Source: an uncultured delta proteobacterium
GTDB taxonomy: Bacteria > Desulfobacterota > Binatia > Binatales > Binataceae
Assembly (NCBI GenBank): GCA_963842085.1
Contig: CAWJET010000002.1
Location: 736,001-800,000 of the forward strand
Direction of reading: 5' to 3'
DNA: 64,000 nt
Part shown: one piece after another, positions 1-11,817 of the stretch
Numbering within the stretch: position 1 is the first letter of the stretch
How the letters are laid out: each line of letters opens with the position of its first letter
The notes under the pieces: generated by a model
The model's input: only the letters and a program-made list of their open reading frames with translations
The model's database searches: none
What the model was told of the DNA's origin: nothing
Position numbers and translations under genes: made by a program

Positions 1-1101
1 CGCTTGCTCTTGGGTGATCGCCCGCTCGATAAATCCGCCGCCCAGCACTTCCTCACCGCGGTAAAACACGCATGCCTGTCCGGGCGTAACCGCAGGACCG
101 CCTGCAGCGAAGCGAATCTCCGCGCGACGGTCGGGATCGACGCGCATCGTCGCCGGGATCGCGCGATGCCGATAGCGAATCTTCACCTCAACGCTCAACT
201 CGCCGCCCGACGCGATCGAATCATCGACCATGCTGACCCGGTTCGCGATCAAGCCAGATGAATCCAGCTCCTCACGGCGCGCGGCCACGACCTCGCCCGA
301 CTCGGCCCGAATCTCGCGAACGTATAGTCGCTCGCCACTGGCGATCCCCAGCCCGCGGCGTTGTCCAACGGTAAATCGATGCACTCCCGCGTGATCCGCC
401 AGCCGCTTTCCTTCGCCGTCGACAATCGAGCCGGGCCGCAGTTGCGCGCGGTCGCTTCGCCGCTCGACAAAGCTCGCGTAGTCGCCGTCTGGAACGAAGC
501 AGATTTCCTGGCTCTCGGGCTTGTCGGCAGTCGCGAGGCCCAGCGCGCGGGCGCGGGCGCGAACGTCGGTCTTGGTCATCGCACCGAGCGGAAAAATCGT
601 TCGGGCGAGCTCGTCCTGCCCGAGCGTGAAAAGAAAATACGATTGATCCTTGGCCTCGTCGGCCGCGCGCAGCAGACGAAACCTGCCGTCCGCCCCGCGC
701 TGTATTCGCGCGTAATGGCCGGTCGCGATGTAGTCGGCATTCAGCGCGTGAGCGCGGCTCCATAAGCGATCGAATTTGATCTCGCGATTGCACATCACGC
801 ACGGATTCGGCGTGCGCCCGCCGAGATAGTCGGAGACGAAGTTGTCGACCACACGCGCGGCAAAGTCGGCGCGCAAATCGATTACGTAGAATGGAAAATC
901 CATCCGCTCCGCCACCCGGCGCGCGTCCTCGAAGTCATCATGCGAGCAGCAGGTGCCGCGACGCTTTGCAATTGGTGCCGACGGCTCGGGCGCAAGGCGC
1001 ATTGCAACGCCGACGACGTCGTAACCCTGCTCGCGCAGGATCGCCGCGGCGACAGAGCTGTCCACGCCGCCAGACATAGCAACCAGCACTCGCGGCTTCA
1101 T
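1..1101 (-). CDS. mnmA: tRNA 2-thiouridylase MnmA (3' end runs off window)
   Basis: Not in ORF track; manual translation from ATG 1101: MKPRVLVAMSGGVDSSVAAAILREQGYDVVG ... AVTPGQACVFYRGEEVLGGGFI; ATGA overlap with iscS stop. Confidence 0.95.
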   Translation of the reverse strand, partial: MKPRVLVAMSGGVDSSVAAAILREQGYDVVGVAMRLAPEPSAPIAKRRGTCCSHDDFEDARRVAERMDFPFYVIDLRADFAARVVDNFVSDYLGGRTPNPCVMCNREIKFDRLWSRAHALNADYIATGHYARIQRGADGRFRLLRAADEAKDQSYFLFTLGQDELARTIFPLGAMTKTDVRARARALGLATADKPESQEICFVPDGDYASFVERRSDRAQLRPGSIVDGEGKRLADHAGVHRFTVGQRRGLGIASGERLYVREIRAESGEVVAARREELDSSGLIANRVSMVDDSIASGGELSVEVKIRYRHRAIPATMRVDPDRRAEIRFAAGGPAVTPGQACVFYRGEEVLGGGFIERAITQEQA

Positions 1102-2261
1102 CGCGCGCTCACCTCCGACAGAGGCTCGGCGTCGGCGACGCGCCGCCACGCCGCCGGGATGATCGCCGCGACAGCGTCGATTTGATCCGCCGTGTTGTTC
1201 CACCCGAGGCTGATTCTGAGCGAGCTGCGCGCGTCGGCAATGCTGCGCCCCATCGCGCGCAGCACGTGCGACGGCTCGACGGCTCCTGCCGCGCAGGCCG
1301 AGCCCATCGAAACTTCGACCCCTTCCAGATCGAGCGCAATCAGCATGCTCTCGCCGAGCACGCCCGGGAACGTCAGGTTGAGCGTGTTCGGCAGCCTGCC
1401 GACAGTCGGGCCGTTCGAGCGAAGGCCGGGAATCTCCGCTCGCAGCCGCTCCAACAGAGTGGCGGTCAGCGAACCGATTCGCGCCGACTCCGCGTCGATC
1501 GCATTCATCGCAGCTTCGGCCGCCGCTCCAAACGCCACTGCGCCAAGCAGATTCTGCGTGCCCGCGCGCTGGCCGCTCTCATGCGGCCCGCCAAAAACGA
1601 TCGGCGCAATGCGCGCAGAGTCACGAACATACAGAGCCCCGATTCCCGCCGGTGCCCCGAGCTTGTGACCGCTGAGCGTCATCAGATCGCATCCGAGCGC
1701 GGCCACATCGACTGGAATTCGCCCGGCCGCCTGCGCCACGTCGACATGAAGCAACGCGCCGGTCTTGCCGCAGGTGGATGCGAGCGGCGCGAGATGCTGG
1801 ATCGTTCCGACTTCGGAGTTCGCAAGTCCGAGCGTGACCAGCGCCGTCTCGCTATCGAGACGAGCAAGCACGCGCGCAGGATCGATTCGTCCGTCGGAGT
1901 CGGGCGCGACTCGCACCACTTCAAAACCCCGGCGCTCGAGTTCCGCAAGCGGAGCGAGGATCGATGAGTGCTCGATCTCGGAAGAGACAATTTTACGGCG
2001 CCGCGACGCCGCCGTAATCGCGCCGAAGATTGCGAGATTGTTCGACTCGGTGCCGCCGCTGGTAAACACGAGCTGCCGCGGCTCCGCGCCGACGAGCGCG
2101 GCAACCTGCGCGCGCGCAATCTCGAGCATCCGGCGCGAACGCTGGCCCGCGCGATGCACCGACGAGGGATTCCCCCCGCCATCGGCCAGCAGGCGCGAAA
2201 TCGCGGCGGCAGCCTCGACGCGCAGCGGAGCGCCCGCGTTATGATCGAGATAAATCGGCAT
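1098..2261 (-). CDS. iscS: Cysteine desulfurase (IscS/NifS family)
   Basis: IYLDHNA, FTSGGTESNN, SGHK PLP lysine, SMGSAC catalytic Cys; coupled to mnmA. Confidence 0.92.
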   Translation of the reverse strand: MPIYLDHNAGAPLRVEAAAAISRLLADGGGNPSSVHRAGQRSRRMLEIARAQVAALVGAEPRQLVFTSGGTESNNLAIFGAITAASRRRKIVSSEIEHSSILAPLAELERRGFEVVRVAPDSDGRIDPARVLARLDSETALVTLGLANSEVGTIQHLAPLASTCGKTGALLHVDVAQAAGRIPVDVAALGCDLMTLSGHKLGAPAGIGALYVRDSARIAPIVFGGPHESGQRAGTQNLLGAVAFGAAAEAAMNAIDAESARIGSLTATLLERLRAEIPGLRSNGPTVGRLPNTLNLTFPGVLGESMLIALDLEGVEVSMGSACAAGAVEPSHVLRAMGRSIADARSSLRISLGWNNTADQIDAVAAIIPAAWRRVADAEPLSEVSAR

Positions 2262-2313
2262 GGACGGTTGTGTTCGCCACCAGTGCGGCGATTAGCTTAT
2301 CTTACACTGATCG

Positions 2314-3534
2314 TTGGAAAAAGACGGGGCTCTTCGCGTGACGCAGACAGCATCGAGCGCGAACATAATCGTGATTGGCGCCGGCGTGGTCGGATGCTCG
2401 CTAGCGTTCCATCTCGCGCGCGCCGGGGGGCGCGTGCGCGTGCTCGACAAAGGCGGAATTTGCGCCGGAATGTCGGCGCGGTCGGGCGCGCTGGTCAGGA
2501 TGCATTACACGTTCGCGCCGGAAGCCGAGCTGGCCTGCAAGAGCCTTCATTACTTTCACAACTGGAGCGACATCGTCGGCGGGCAATGCGGTTTCGTCGA
2601 GACTGGCTTCGCGGTCGTGGTTGACGAGTGCAACGCGGCGCGGCTGTGTGCCAACGTCGCGATGCTCCGGCGGGTCGGCGTCGATACCGAAGTTGTGACC
2701 GCGGCGGAGCTGCGCCAGCGCGAGCCTCACGCTTTCGTCGAGGATGTCGCGCTCGCCGCGATCGAGCCGCACAGCGGATACGCCGATCCGGTCGCGACGA
2801 CGAATGCTTTGGCGGCCGCCGCGCAACGGCACAGCGCGGAGTTCTCGACGAACACTCTCATCGCGAGAATTATGAATCGCGGCGGACGAGCCGCTGGAGT
2901 CGTCGATGGCGGCGGGCGCCTCCACGAAGCCGATGCGGTATGCGTCGTGGCAGGACCGTGGACGGATGTGCTCCTCGCGCCGTTGGGTGTGAAAATTGGA
3001 ATCAAGAGCGAGCGCGCGCAGATCGCATTCTTCAAACGGCCGCCTCAACTCAAACATTACGTCTACATCGACACGATCGCGGGCAGCTATTTTCGCCCGC
3101 ACGGCGACGACCTGACGCTGGCCGGCCTCGGTGGATGGAAACCCGAGGCGGAGGCGAATCCCGACGATTTCCGCGAGAGCAACGACGACGACTTTGTCGC
3201 GGCGGTGCGCAAGCGGCTGGCGCAGAGGATTCCCGCGATGACCGACGCACCGTACTCGCGCGGACACGCCGGAATTTACGATGTCAGCCCGGACGCACGG
3301 GCCGTGATGGGCCCGGTGCCGGGAGTCGAGGGACTGTTCGTTGCGGCTGGCTTTAGCGGGACGGGGTTCAAGACCGCGCCGGCGGTCGGCGCGTCGATGG
3401 CTGAGCTGATTCTGACCGGTACCAGCACCACGGTCGATCTCACGCCATTTGGCTTCGAGCGAATCCTCGGCGGGCAGATGATCGAGAGTCCGAACGAGTA
3501 CGAGATGGGCGCAGGCTTCGGACACAAGCTGTGA
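2314..3534 (+). CDS. FAD-dependent oxidoreductase (DadA/sarcosine oxidase beta-like)
   Basis: IIVIGAGVVG Rossmann motif, GIYDVSPD, AAGFSGTGFK; start may be GTG 2338. Confidence 0.88.
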   Translation: MEKDGALRVTQTASSANIIVIGAGVVGCSLAFHLARAGGRVRVLDKGGICAGMSARSGALVRMHYTFAPEAELACKSLHYFHNWSDIVGGQCGFVETGFAVVVDECNAARLCANVAMLRRVGVDTEVVTAAELRQREPHAFVEDVALAAIEPHSGYADPVATTNALAAAAQRHSAEFSTNTLIARIMNRGGRAAGVVDGGGRLHEADAVCVVAGPWTDVLLAPLGVKIGIKSERAQIAFFKRPPQLKHYVYIDTIAGSYFRPHGDDLTLAGLGGWKPEAEANPDDFRESNDDDFVAAVRKRLAQRIPAMTDAPYSRGHAGIYDVSPDARAVMGPVPGVEGLFVAAGFSGTGFKTAPAVGASMAELILTGTSTTVDLTPFGFERILGGQMIESPNEYEMGAGFGHKL

Positions 3535-3630
3535 TGTCGGCGAAAAAATGGGGCGACATCAGATCTGCCGTTTGTTACGATCGCCTCGGACAAGGCGACC
3601 GCATTTTCAATTTTCAAAGGAGAGACGAAA

Positions 3631-4653
3631 ATGTCGAACCATTTTACCGGACTCAGTCTCGGCCCTCCTCTCGGGGACCAAAGACTCGACCTCTGCGACC
3701 TCTATGCGTTCCAATCGCCCGCGGATCCGTCGAGGACCGTCATCATCCTCAATGCAAATCCAAACGCCGACGCGCTCCATCCCGGCGCCATCTATCGCCT
3801 CAACATCGACAACGACGGTGATTTGCTGACAGATATCGCGTTCAGCTACGTGTTCTCGAAGCCGCAAAACGGCAAGCAAACCTTCAACGTATTTCTGGCC
3901 AAAGGCGCGGAGTCGCGCTCCGTCGAAGCTGTCGGGAAGAAGATCGTAGCCGATGCCGATGTCTCGTTCGGCCCCAAGCCCAACATCGTCAAGGCGGGCG
4001 ACTACAAATTCTTCGCCGGCAGTCGCAGCGACGCTTTCTTTTTCGATTTCGACGGCATCAAGGCTTTGTTCGACATCAGGGGCAAACGGAATTTCACTGA
4101 ACCTCACCTGGCCGCGCTGGGCGGCAAAACCCCATGGACCGGCGTCGATTCCAATACGCAAGCCAACGTCTTCTCGACGGTGGTCGAACTGCCGACGAGC
4201 GAACTAGCCCCGAAGCCCGAAATACGTATCTGGGGACGATGCAGCGTGCGGCAGGACGGCAAGCTGCTCCACGTCGATCGCGCAGGCCATCCGAGTGTGA
4301 GTAGCTTCTTCAACACCGACGACACCAAGCTGGAATACAACGCCAGCGAGCCGGTGAACGATCGCAAGCGCTGGCTCGATCAGTTCGTGCATCTGATGGG
4401 GCATACGGGAAACTACACGCGCGAGGAAGCGATTGCCGCGATCGACAAGGAGCGCACTCTGCCCGACGTGCTGAGTTTCGATCCGTCGAAGCCGGCGAAA
4501 TATCCCAATGGCCGCGTCTTCACTGACGACGTGATCGATTACCGCCTCGCGTTCCTGACTAAGAATGAATGTCCTCCTAGCGGCCTGAAGCCGCATACCG
4601 ACACTCTCAAGGAGTTCCCGTACATCGGAACGCCGCATCAGAAGAAGAGCTAG
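3631..4653 (+). CDS. DUF4331-like protein
   Basis: DLCDLYAF, GSRSDAFFFD, DRAGHP, YPNGRVFTDDVID, EFPYIG motifs; RBS AGGAG upstream. Confidence 0.75.
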   Translation: MSNHFTGLSLGPPLGDQRLDLCDLYAFQSPADPSRTVIILNANPNADALHPGAIYRLNIDNDGDLLTDIAFSYVFSKPQNGKQTFNVFLAKGAESRSVEAVGKKIVADADVSFGPKPNIVKAGDYKFFAGSRSDAFFFDFDGIKALFDIRGKRNFTEPHLAALGGKTPWTGVDSNTQANVFSTVVELPTSELAPKPEIRIWGRCSVRQDGKLLHVDRAGHPSVSSFFNTDDTKLEYNASEPVNDRKRWLDQFVHLMGHTGNYTREEAIAAIDKERTLPDVLSFDPSKPAKYPNGRVFTDDVIDYRLAFLTKNECPPSGLKPHTDTLKEFPYIGTPHQKKS

Positions 4654-4691
4654 CGGCGCGCGAATCCTCGCTCACAGGGACTGGCGTATCG

Positions 4692-5411
4692 CTAGCCCTT
4701 GTTGGCGAGGACGCGATCCGGCGCGGGCGGGTGATGCTCGCTGACTTTGTCTTCGAGGCAATCCTGGCGTTCCTCGATTTCTTCCATCCGCACGCCCATC
4801 TTGTTGAGCTTCTCGATTAGATTGCCCATCGCGCGCGCGACCGGGTCGGGCAGCTTGGCGTGGTCGAGTTCCATAACGTCGTGACGAGCGCTGTCGCCCT
4901 CGATCACTTTGCCGGGGATCCCGACAATGGTTGACCACGGCGGCGACGACGATACGACCACGGCGCCCGCGCCGATCCTGCTGCCCTCGCCGATTCGCAC
5001 CGGCCCGATCACCGATGCGCCCGCGCTGACCATCACGTGATCCTCGAGTGTCGGGTGCCGCTTCTCCTTCTTGAGGCTGGTGCCGCCGAGCGTGACGCCC
5101 TGGTAGATGAGGACGTCATCGCCGATTTCCGTGGTCTCGCCGACCACGATGCCCATGCCATGGTCGATGAACAACCGCCGGCCGATTTTCGCGCCGGGAT
5201 GAATCTCGATTCCGGTGATGAAGCGCGCCAGCTCGCTCACCAGGCGGCCGAGCAGCTTGCAGTGATGCTCCCAGAGCCAATGTGCGACGCGATAGGCCCA
5301 GACCGCGTGAAGCCCGGGATACGCGAGCACCACCTCGAGCGTAGTGCGGGCGGCGGGGTCGCGGTCGAAGACCGCCTGGATGTCTTCCCTCATTCGGCTT
5401 ACAACACCCAT
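4692..5411 (-). CDS. cysE: Serine O-acetyltransferase
   Basis: [35 protein letters not shown]...KRHP. Confidence 0.95.
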   Translation of the reverse strand: MGVVSRMREDIQAVFDRDPAARTTLEVVLAYPGLHAVWAYRVAHWLWEHHCKLLGRLVSELARFITGIEIHPGAKIGRRLFIDHGMGIVVGETTEIGDDVLIYQGVTLGGTSLKKEKRHPTLEDHVMVSAGASVIGPVRIGEGSRIGAGAVVVSSSPPWSTIVGIPGKVIEGDSARHDVMELDHAKLPDPVARAMGNLIEKLNKMGVRMEEIEERQDCLEDKVSEHHPPAPDRVLANKG

Positions 5412-5444
5412 GGCTCGTTCCTCTTTTTTTCCGCCCGCCGCGCG

Positions 5445-7124
<1,680 letters not shown>

Positions 7125-7129
7125 CGGAC

Positions 7130-8377
7130 TCAAACTGACTCCCGCGGCGCGGCGTTCGGCGCGCCATCGCCGTTGACAAACGCGTCGTGCAGCGCACGCA
7201 TCGCGAGTTCTCCGTATTTTGAATTTACCACGACCGAGACCTTAATCTCCGAGGTGGAAATCATCTCGATATTAATCCGCTCAGCCGCCAGCACCTGGAA
7301 CATCGTGGCCGCGACGCCAGCATGCGTGCGCATCCCAACGCCGACCACCGAAACCTTGGCGACCTGGTCGTCGTGCCGCACGCCGGCCGCGCCGATTTCG
7401 TTTGCCGTGCGCGTGACGATTTCGAGCGCGCGCTTGAGGTCTTCGCGCCCGATCGTAAACGTCATATCGGTGTGGCCGTCGGCGCTGGCGTTCTGGATAA
7501 TCATGTCCACGACAATTCCCGCCTCCGCGATGGGGCTGAAAATCTTCGCCGCCAGACCGGGCCGATCCTCGACGCCGGCTACTGTTATCTTGCTTTGATT
7601 CTGGTCGAGCGTTACGCCCGAAACGAGCACGTCCTCCATCGACTGATCCTCTTGTCCAACCCACGTTCCCTCGGCTTCGCCGAAGCTGGAGCGGACGACG
7701 AGCGGCACGTTGTAGCGGCGGGCGAGTTCCACGGAGCGGGTTTGCAGGACCTTCGCGCCGAGTCCCGCCATCTCGAGCATCTCATCATAGGAGATGCGTC
7801 CGAGTTTTTTTGCTTTGGGGCAGATGTTGGGATCGGCGGTGTAGACGCCGTCCACGTCGGTGTAGATTTCGCAGGCGTCCGCTTTGAGAGCGGCTGCCAG
7901 CGCAACCGCAGTCAGGTCTGACGCGCCGCGGCCAAGCGTCGTGATATCGCCGCTGGGGTTGACGCCCTGGTAACCGGCCACGACGGCAATCTGTCCGTCA
8001 TCGAGCGCGCGCATCACGCGATCGCATTGCACGGATTTGATTCGCGCGCGGCCGTGATTCGAGTCGGTGGTCAGGTTCATTTGAAATGCGAGAAAAGAAA
8101 CCGTCGGATGTCCCATCGCCTGCAGCCGGATCGCCAGCAGCGCGGCCGAGACCTGCTCGCCGGTGGCGACCAGCACGTCGGTCTCGCGCGCGCTGGGCGC
8201 TTCGCTAAGTTCGGAAGCGAGTTTGAACAGCCGGTTGGTCTCGCCGGCCATCGCGGAGACCACGACAACGATCCGATTGCCCGCGTCGCACGCCCTGACG
8301 ACGCGATCGGCGACCGCCTTGATCCGGTCGATCGAGCCGACCGACGTTCCGCCGTATTTTTGAACGACCAATCCCAC
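7130..8377 (-). CDS. lysC: Aspartate kinase
   Basis: VVQKYGGTSV, TTLGRG, IYTDVDGVYTADP, two ACT domains, MISTSEIKVS; GTG start chosen at 8377. Confidence 0.95.
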   Translation of the reverse strand: MGLVVQKYGGTSVGSIDRIKAVADRVVRACDAGNRIVVVVSAMAGETNRLFKLASELSEAPSARETDVLVATGEQVSAALLAIRLQAMGHPTVSFLAFQMNLTTDSNHGRARIKSVQCDRVMRALDDGQIAVVAGYQGVNPSGDITTLGRGASDLTAVALAAALKADACEIYTDVDGVYTADPNICPKAKKLGRISYDEMLEMAGLGAKVLQTRSVELARRYNVPLVVRSSFGEAEGTWVGQEDQSMEDVLVSGVTLDQNQSKITVAGVEDRPGLAAKIFSPIAEAGIVVDMIIQNASADGHTDMTFTIGREDLKRALEIVTRTANEIGAAGVRHDDQVAKVSVVGVGMRTHAGVAATMFQVLAAERINIEMISTSEIKVSVVVNSKYGELAMRALHDAFVNGDGAPNAAPRESV

Positions 8378-8521
8378 CAAAATGACCCTGTTCGCCCCGA
8401 AAAATGGGGTAATCAAGTATTATGATCGGAAAAGAGACCCCAAACCAGCCCCCATGTTGCCATAACGTTCGTTCGGGTACGCGGTTAATATAGGTATCGG
8501 CGGAATTGGGGAGATAAGCAG

Positions 8522-8866
8522 ATGCCTTTCATTGACACTAACGAGTTGAACACCATCGAGCGCCTTCCCGGATGGAAGGGGAAGTACTTCGACTCGGAGA
8601 GCATGACCTTCGGGCACTACGTGTTCGAGGCGGGATCGACGATTCATGAACACTCGCGTCCGAACGAGGAAGTGTGGAACGTCATCGAAGGTCAGCTCGA
8701 AGTGACCATCGGCGGTAAGACGCAAGTTGCCGGCCCCGGCTTCGTCGCAATCGTACCGCCGGACACCAAGCACTTCGTGAAGGCGATCACGGATGGGCGA
8801 GCAATCGTGGTGGATTATCCGTTGCGCCGCGAGATGACCGGCAGCAGATCGCCAAAGTCAAAATAG
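8522..8866 (+). CDS. Cupin-domain protein
   Basis: GSTIHEHSRPNEEVWNVIEG and PGFVAIVPPDTKH cupin motifs; RBS GGAG. Confidence 0.85.
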   Translation: MPFIDTNELNTIERLPGWKGKYFDSESMTFGHYVFEAGSTIHEHSRPNEEVWNVIEGQLEVTIGGKTQVAGPGFVAIVPPDTKHFVKAITDGRAIVVDYPLRREMTGSRSPKSK

Positions 8867-8877
8867 ACACTGCCACC

Positions 8878-9384
8878 TCACGCGAAGCGGCGCTTCAACT
8901 TGGAAATAATCTGCGCGTGACGCGAGTCGCCTGCGCTGAATTCGATGCGGCGCAGGTCCGCGCCGGCGTAACCGATGCGGACTGACAAATACTCCAACTC
9001 CGCGCCGCCGCGCAGGCGCTCGAACCATTCGACTGCCGCGACGCCTTCGGAAAACAAGTATTCGCGAAGGCCCAGGTCGTCGAGCGTCGCCTCTTCGAGG
9101 CGGTACAGATCAATGTGATAAAGCGGGAAGCGGCCGTGATGCTCCTGGATCATCGTGAAGGTTGGGCTCAGGATGTCCTCTTCGCGCAGGCTGAGTCCGC
9201 TCGCGAGGCCCTTGATGAAGCACGTTTTGCCCGCGCCGAGGTCGCCAATCAGGCCGAGCAGCTCGCCGCCTTCGAGCAGCGAGGCCAGCCGCCGTCCCCA
9301 CGATTTGGTTTCGTGCGGCGAGCGGCTCTCGATCACCATCGTGACCACGGTCGCGCCTTTTTCAGTGGCCTGATTAGTCATCAC
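8878..9384 (-). CDS. tsaE: tRNA threonylcarbamoyladenosine ATPase TsaE
   Basis: GDLGAGKT, SPTFT, LYHIDLYRL, VEW; start uncertain. Confidence 0.93.
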   Translation of the reverse strand: MMTNQATEKGATVVTMVIESRSPHETKSWGRRLASLLEGGELLGLIGDLGAGKTCFIKGLASGLSLREEDILSPTFTMIQEHHGRFPLYHIDLYRLEEATLDDLGLREYLFSEGVAAVEWFERLRGGAELEYLSVRIGYAGADLRRIEFSAGDSRHAQIISKLKRRFA

Positions 9385-9414
9385 GAACCCAGTCAGCGAT
9401 CAATAATACCGCAA

Positions 9415-10968
9415 CTACTTCGCTAGTGCTTCAAACGCCGCCGGCAGCTCATCAATCACGTCGCCGGCAATATAGCCGACACGCCCCATCCGCGACGCTA
9501 CGCGATCGGCCGCGTAGCCGTGGAGAAAGACGCCGAGCGCGAGCGCGTCGAGCGGGCGCATGTGCTGTCCGAGCAGCGCGCCGACCATTCCCGAGAGCGC
9601 GTCGCCCATCCCAGGCGTGGCCATCCCGGGATTCCCGGTCGAGTTGACGAAGATGTCGCCGGCGGGAGACGCGATAACCGAGCGCGCACCCTTAATCAGC
9701 ACGGTCGCTCCGGTTCGTTCTGCCAAAATGCGCGCCGCCGACACGCGATCGTCGTTGATAGTCGCGGTCGGCACGCCGAGCAGTCGCGCGGCTTCTCCCG
9801 GATGTGGCGTCAGCACGACCGGACCGCGCGCACGCCTTAAAGCCTCGTAGCCGAGCGCGGCGAGTGCGTTCAGCCCGTCGGCATCGATCAGCATCGCACG
9901 CTCGGGATCGGAGGCGTCCGCGATCAGCCATTCGATAAGGCGCTTGGTGTCGTCGCTGACGCCCATTCCCGGTCCCACGATCAGCGCGTTCTTGCCGTCG
10001 ATGATCATCTTAAATGCGTTGGGGGCGTGAGCGCCGTCAAAATGACCGTCACGATCTGCTATCGGCTCTGTCATCAGCTCGGCCTGCCCCCCCGCGACGA
10101 TTGGCTGGATCGATTCCGGCACCGCCGCCGTAACCAGGCCCGCACCCGTTCTCAGGGCGGCGCGCGATGCGAGCAGCACGGCGCCCGACTTGCCGCGGCC
10201 GCCGGCTATCACCAGCGGATGCCCGTACATTCCCTTGTGCGAATTCTCCGGCCGGACGCGAATCAGATGCTGAATGTCAGCGCGTTCGAGGAATCGTCCG
10301 CGCGGCGCAATCTCGCTGATCGCGCGCGGTGCGAATCCGATATCGACGACTCGCAACTCGCCACATTGCCCGGCGCCGGGATATGAGACGTGGCCGAACT
10401 TCGCGAACCCGAATGTCACCGTGAGCGAGGCTCGAATGGCCGCGCCCATGACGGCGCCCGTGTCCGAGTTGACCCCCGACGCGATATCGACGGCGACCGT
10501 CGGCGCCGCGAGTGAATTAACTATCTCGATCGCGCGGCGCGGCCCGTCTTTTACCTCGGCGTTCAGCCCCGTGCCGAATATCGCGTCGATAACAGCGCTC
10601 GGCCGGTTGCTCAGAGCGGCATCGAGGTTGGACTCCCCCGGCGCCTCGATCGTGTTGCCGCCGGATGCGCGAAACTCCGCGTGCGCGCGCGCAGCGTCGC
10701 CCTTCAAGTCCGCCGCGTGGCCGAGCAGGACCGCTCGCACCGCGAAGCCGTCCTGCTTCAGCCGTCGCGCTGCGACGAATCCGTCGCCGCCGTTGTTGCC
10801 CTTGCCGGCCAGCACGAGCACGTCGGTCGCCCCATCGGAAAACCGCTCGATGAGCGCGTCGGCGACGGCCTCGCCCGCGCGCGTCATCAGCGAGTACGAC
10901 GGAATTCCGTATTTTTCCCGGCTGATGCGATCGAGTTCGCGGCTTTCGGCGGCGTTGAGCAAAATCAT
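9415..10968 (-). CDS. nnr: Bifunctional NAD(P)H-hydrate epimerase/dehydratase
   Basis: GKGNNGGDG, IDAIFGTG, HKG, GPGMG, IDADGL, LTPHPGE, GMGDALSG. Confidence 0.93.
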   Translation of the reverse strand: MILLNAAESRELDRISREKYGIPSYSLMTRAGEAVADALIERFSDGATDVLVLAGKGNNGGDGFVAARRLKQDGFAVRAVLLGHAADLKGDAARAHAEFRASGGNTIEAPGESNLDAALSNRPSAVIDAIFGTGLNAEVKDGPRRAIEIVNSLAAPTVAVDIASGVNSDTGAVMGAAIRASLTVTFGFAKFGHVSYPGAGQCGELRVVDIGFAPRAISEIAPRGRFLERADIQHLIRVRPENSHKGMYGHPLVIAGGRGKSGAVLLASRAALRTGAGLVTAAVPESIQPIVAGGQAELMTEPIADRDGHFDGAHAPNAFKMIIDGKNALIVGPGMGVSDDTKRLIEWLIADASDPERAMLIDADGLNALAALGYEALRRARGPVVLTPHPGEAARLLGVPTATINDDRVSAARILAERTGATVLIKGARSVIASPAGDIFVNSTGNPGMATPGMGDALSGMVGALLGQHMRPLDALALGVFLHGYAADRVASRMGRVGYIAGDVIDELPAAFEALAK

Positions 10969-11058
10969 TGTCAGCCATCCCGGGAAAAAATATTACACTA
11001 TGCGCCCGGACCGTGAATGCGGGGTGTCGCTCTGCTAGTTTTGGGGGACGGTGTCGGA

Positions 11059-11814
11059 ATGATTCGCCTCAGCGTCAACGTCAACAAAATCGCGACGCTC
11101 CGCAATGCGCGCGGCGGAACCATTCCCGACGTCGTCACGGCCGCGCGCACCTGCATTGCCGCGGGATGCCACGGGATAACAGTCCATCCGCGGCCCGACG
11201 CGCGGCACATCACGTTTCAGGACGTGTTCGACCTGGCTGCGATGATGACGGTCGAGTTCAACATCGAGGGCTACCCGGGCGCGGAGTTTCTCGACCTCGT
11301 GATGCGCGTGCGGCCGACGCAGGTGACGCTGGTGCCCGACCCGCTGGGCGTGCTGACGTCGAATGCGGGATGGGACCTGAAGAGCCGCGCGGCGGATTGG
11401 CTCGGCGACGTGCTCGCCAGGTTTCGCAAGGCGGGGATCCGCACCAGTCTGTTTCTCGAGACCGATGCCGAGCAGATCAAACGCGCGCTGGAACTCGGCG
11501 CCGATCGGATCGAACTGTACACCGGACCATATGCACACGCGTTCGGAACGCCGGCCGGCAACGAAATTCTCGCGGCGCATCGCGAGGCCGCACGCCTGGC
11601 GCGGGAAATTGGACTCGGGGTAAACGCCGGTCACGATCTCGATCTCAAGAACATTCCCGCCTATGTGAAAGCCGTCAAGGGCTTGCAGGAAGTCTCGATC
11701 GGCCACGCGCTCATTTCGGACGCGCTCTACATGGGCCTGACGCGCACGGTGAAGGCGTATCTGAAGGCGCTGGGCTCGAAACCGCTGAAGCTCAAGCGCG
11801 CGAAACGAAAATAA
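11059..11814 (+). CDS. pdxJ: Pyridoxine 5'-phosphate synthase
   Basis: LSVNVNKIATLRNARG, GITVHPRPD, IELYTG, VNAGHDL, EVSIGHALI. Confidence 0.95.
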   Translation: MIRLSVNVNKIATLRNARGGTIPDVVTAARTCIAAGCHGITVHPRPDARHITFQDVFDLAAMMTVEFNIEGYPGAEFLDLVMRVRPTQVTLVPDPLGVLTSNAGWDLKSRAADWLGDVLARFRKAGIRTSLFLETDAEQIKRALELGADRIELYTGPYAHAFGTPAGNEILAAHREAARLAREIGLGVNAGHDLDLKNIPAYVKAVKGLQEVSIGHALISDALYMGLTRTVKAYLKALGSKPLKLKRAKRK

Positions 11815-11817
11815 CGG

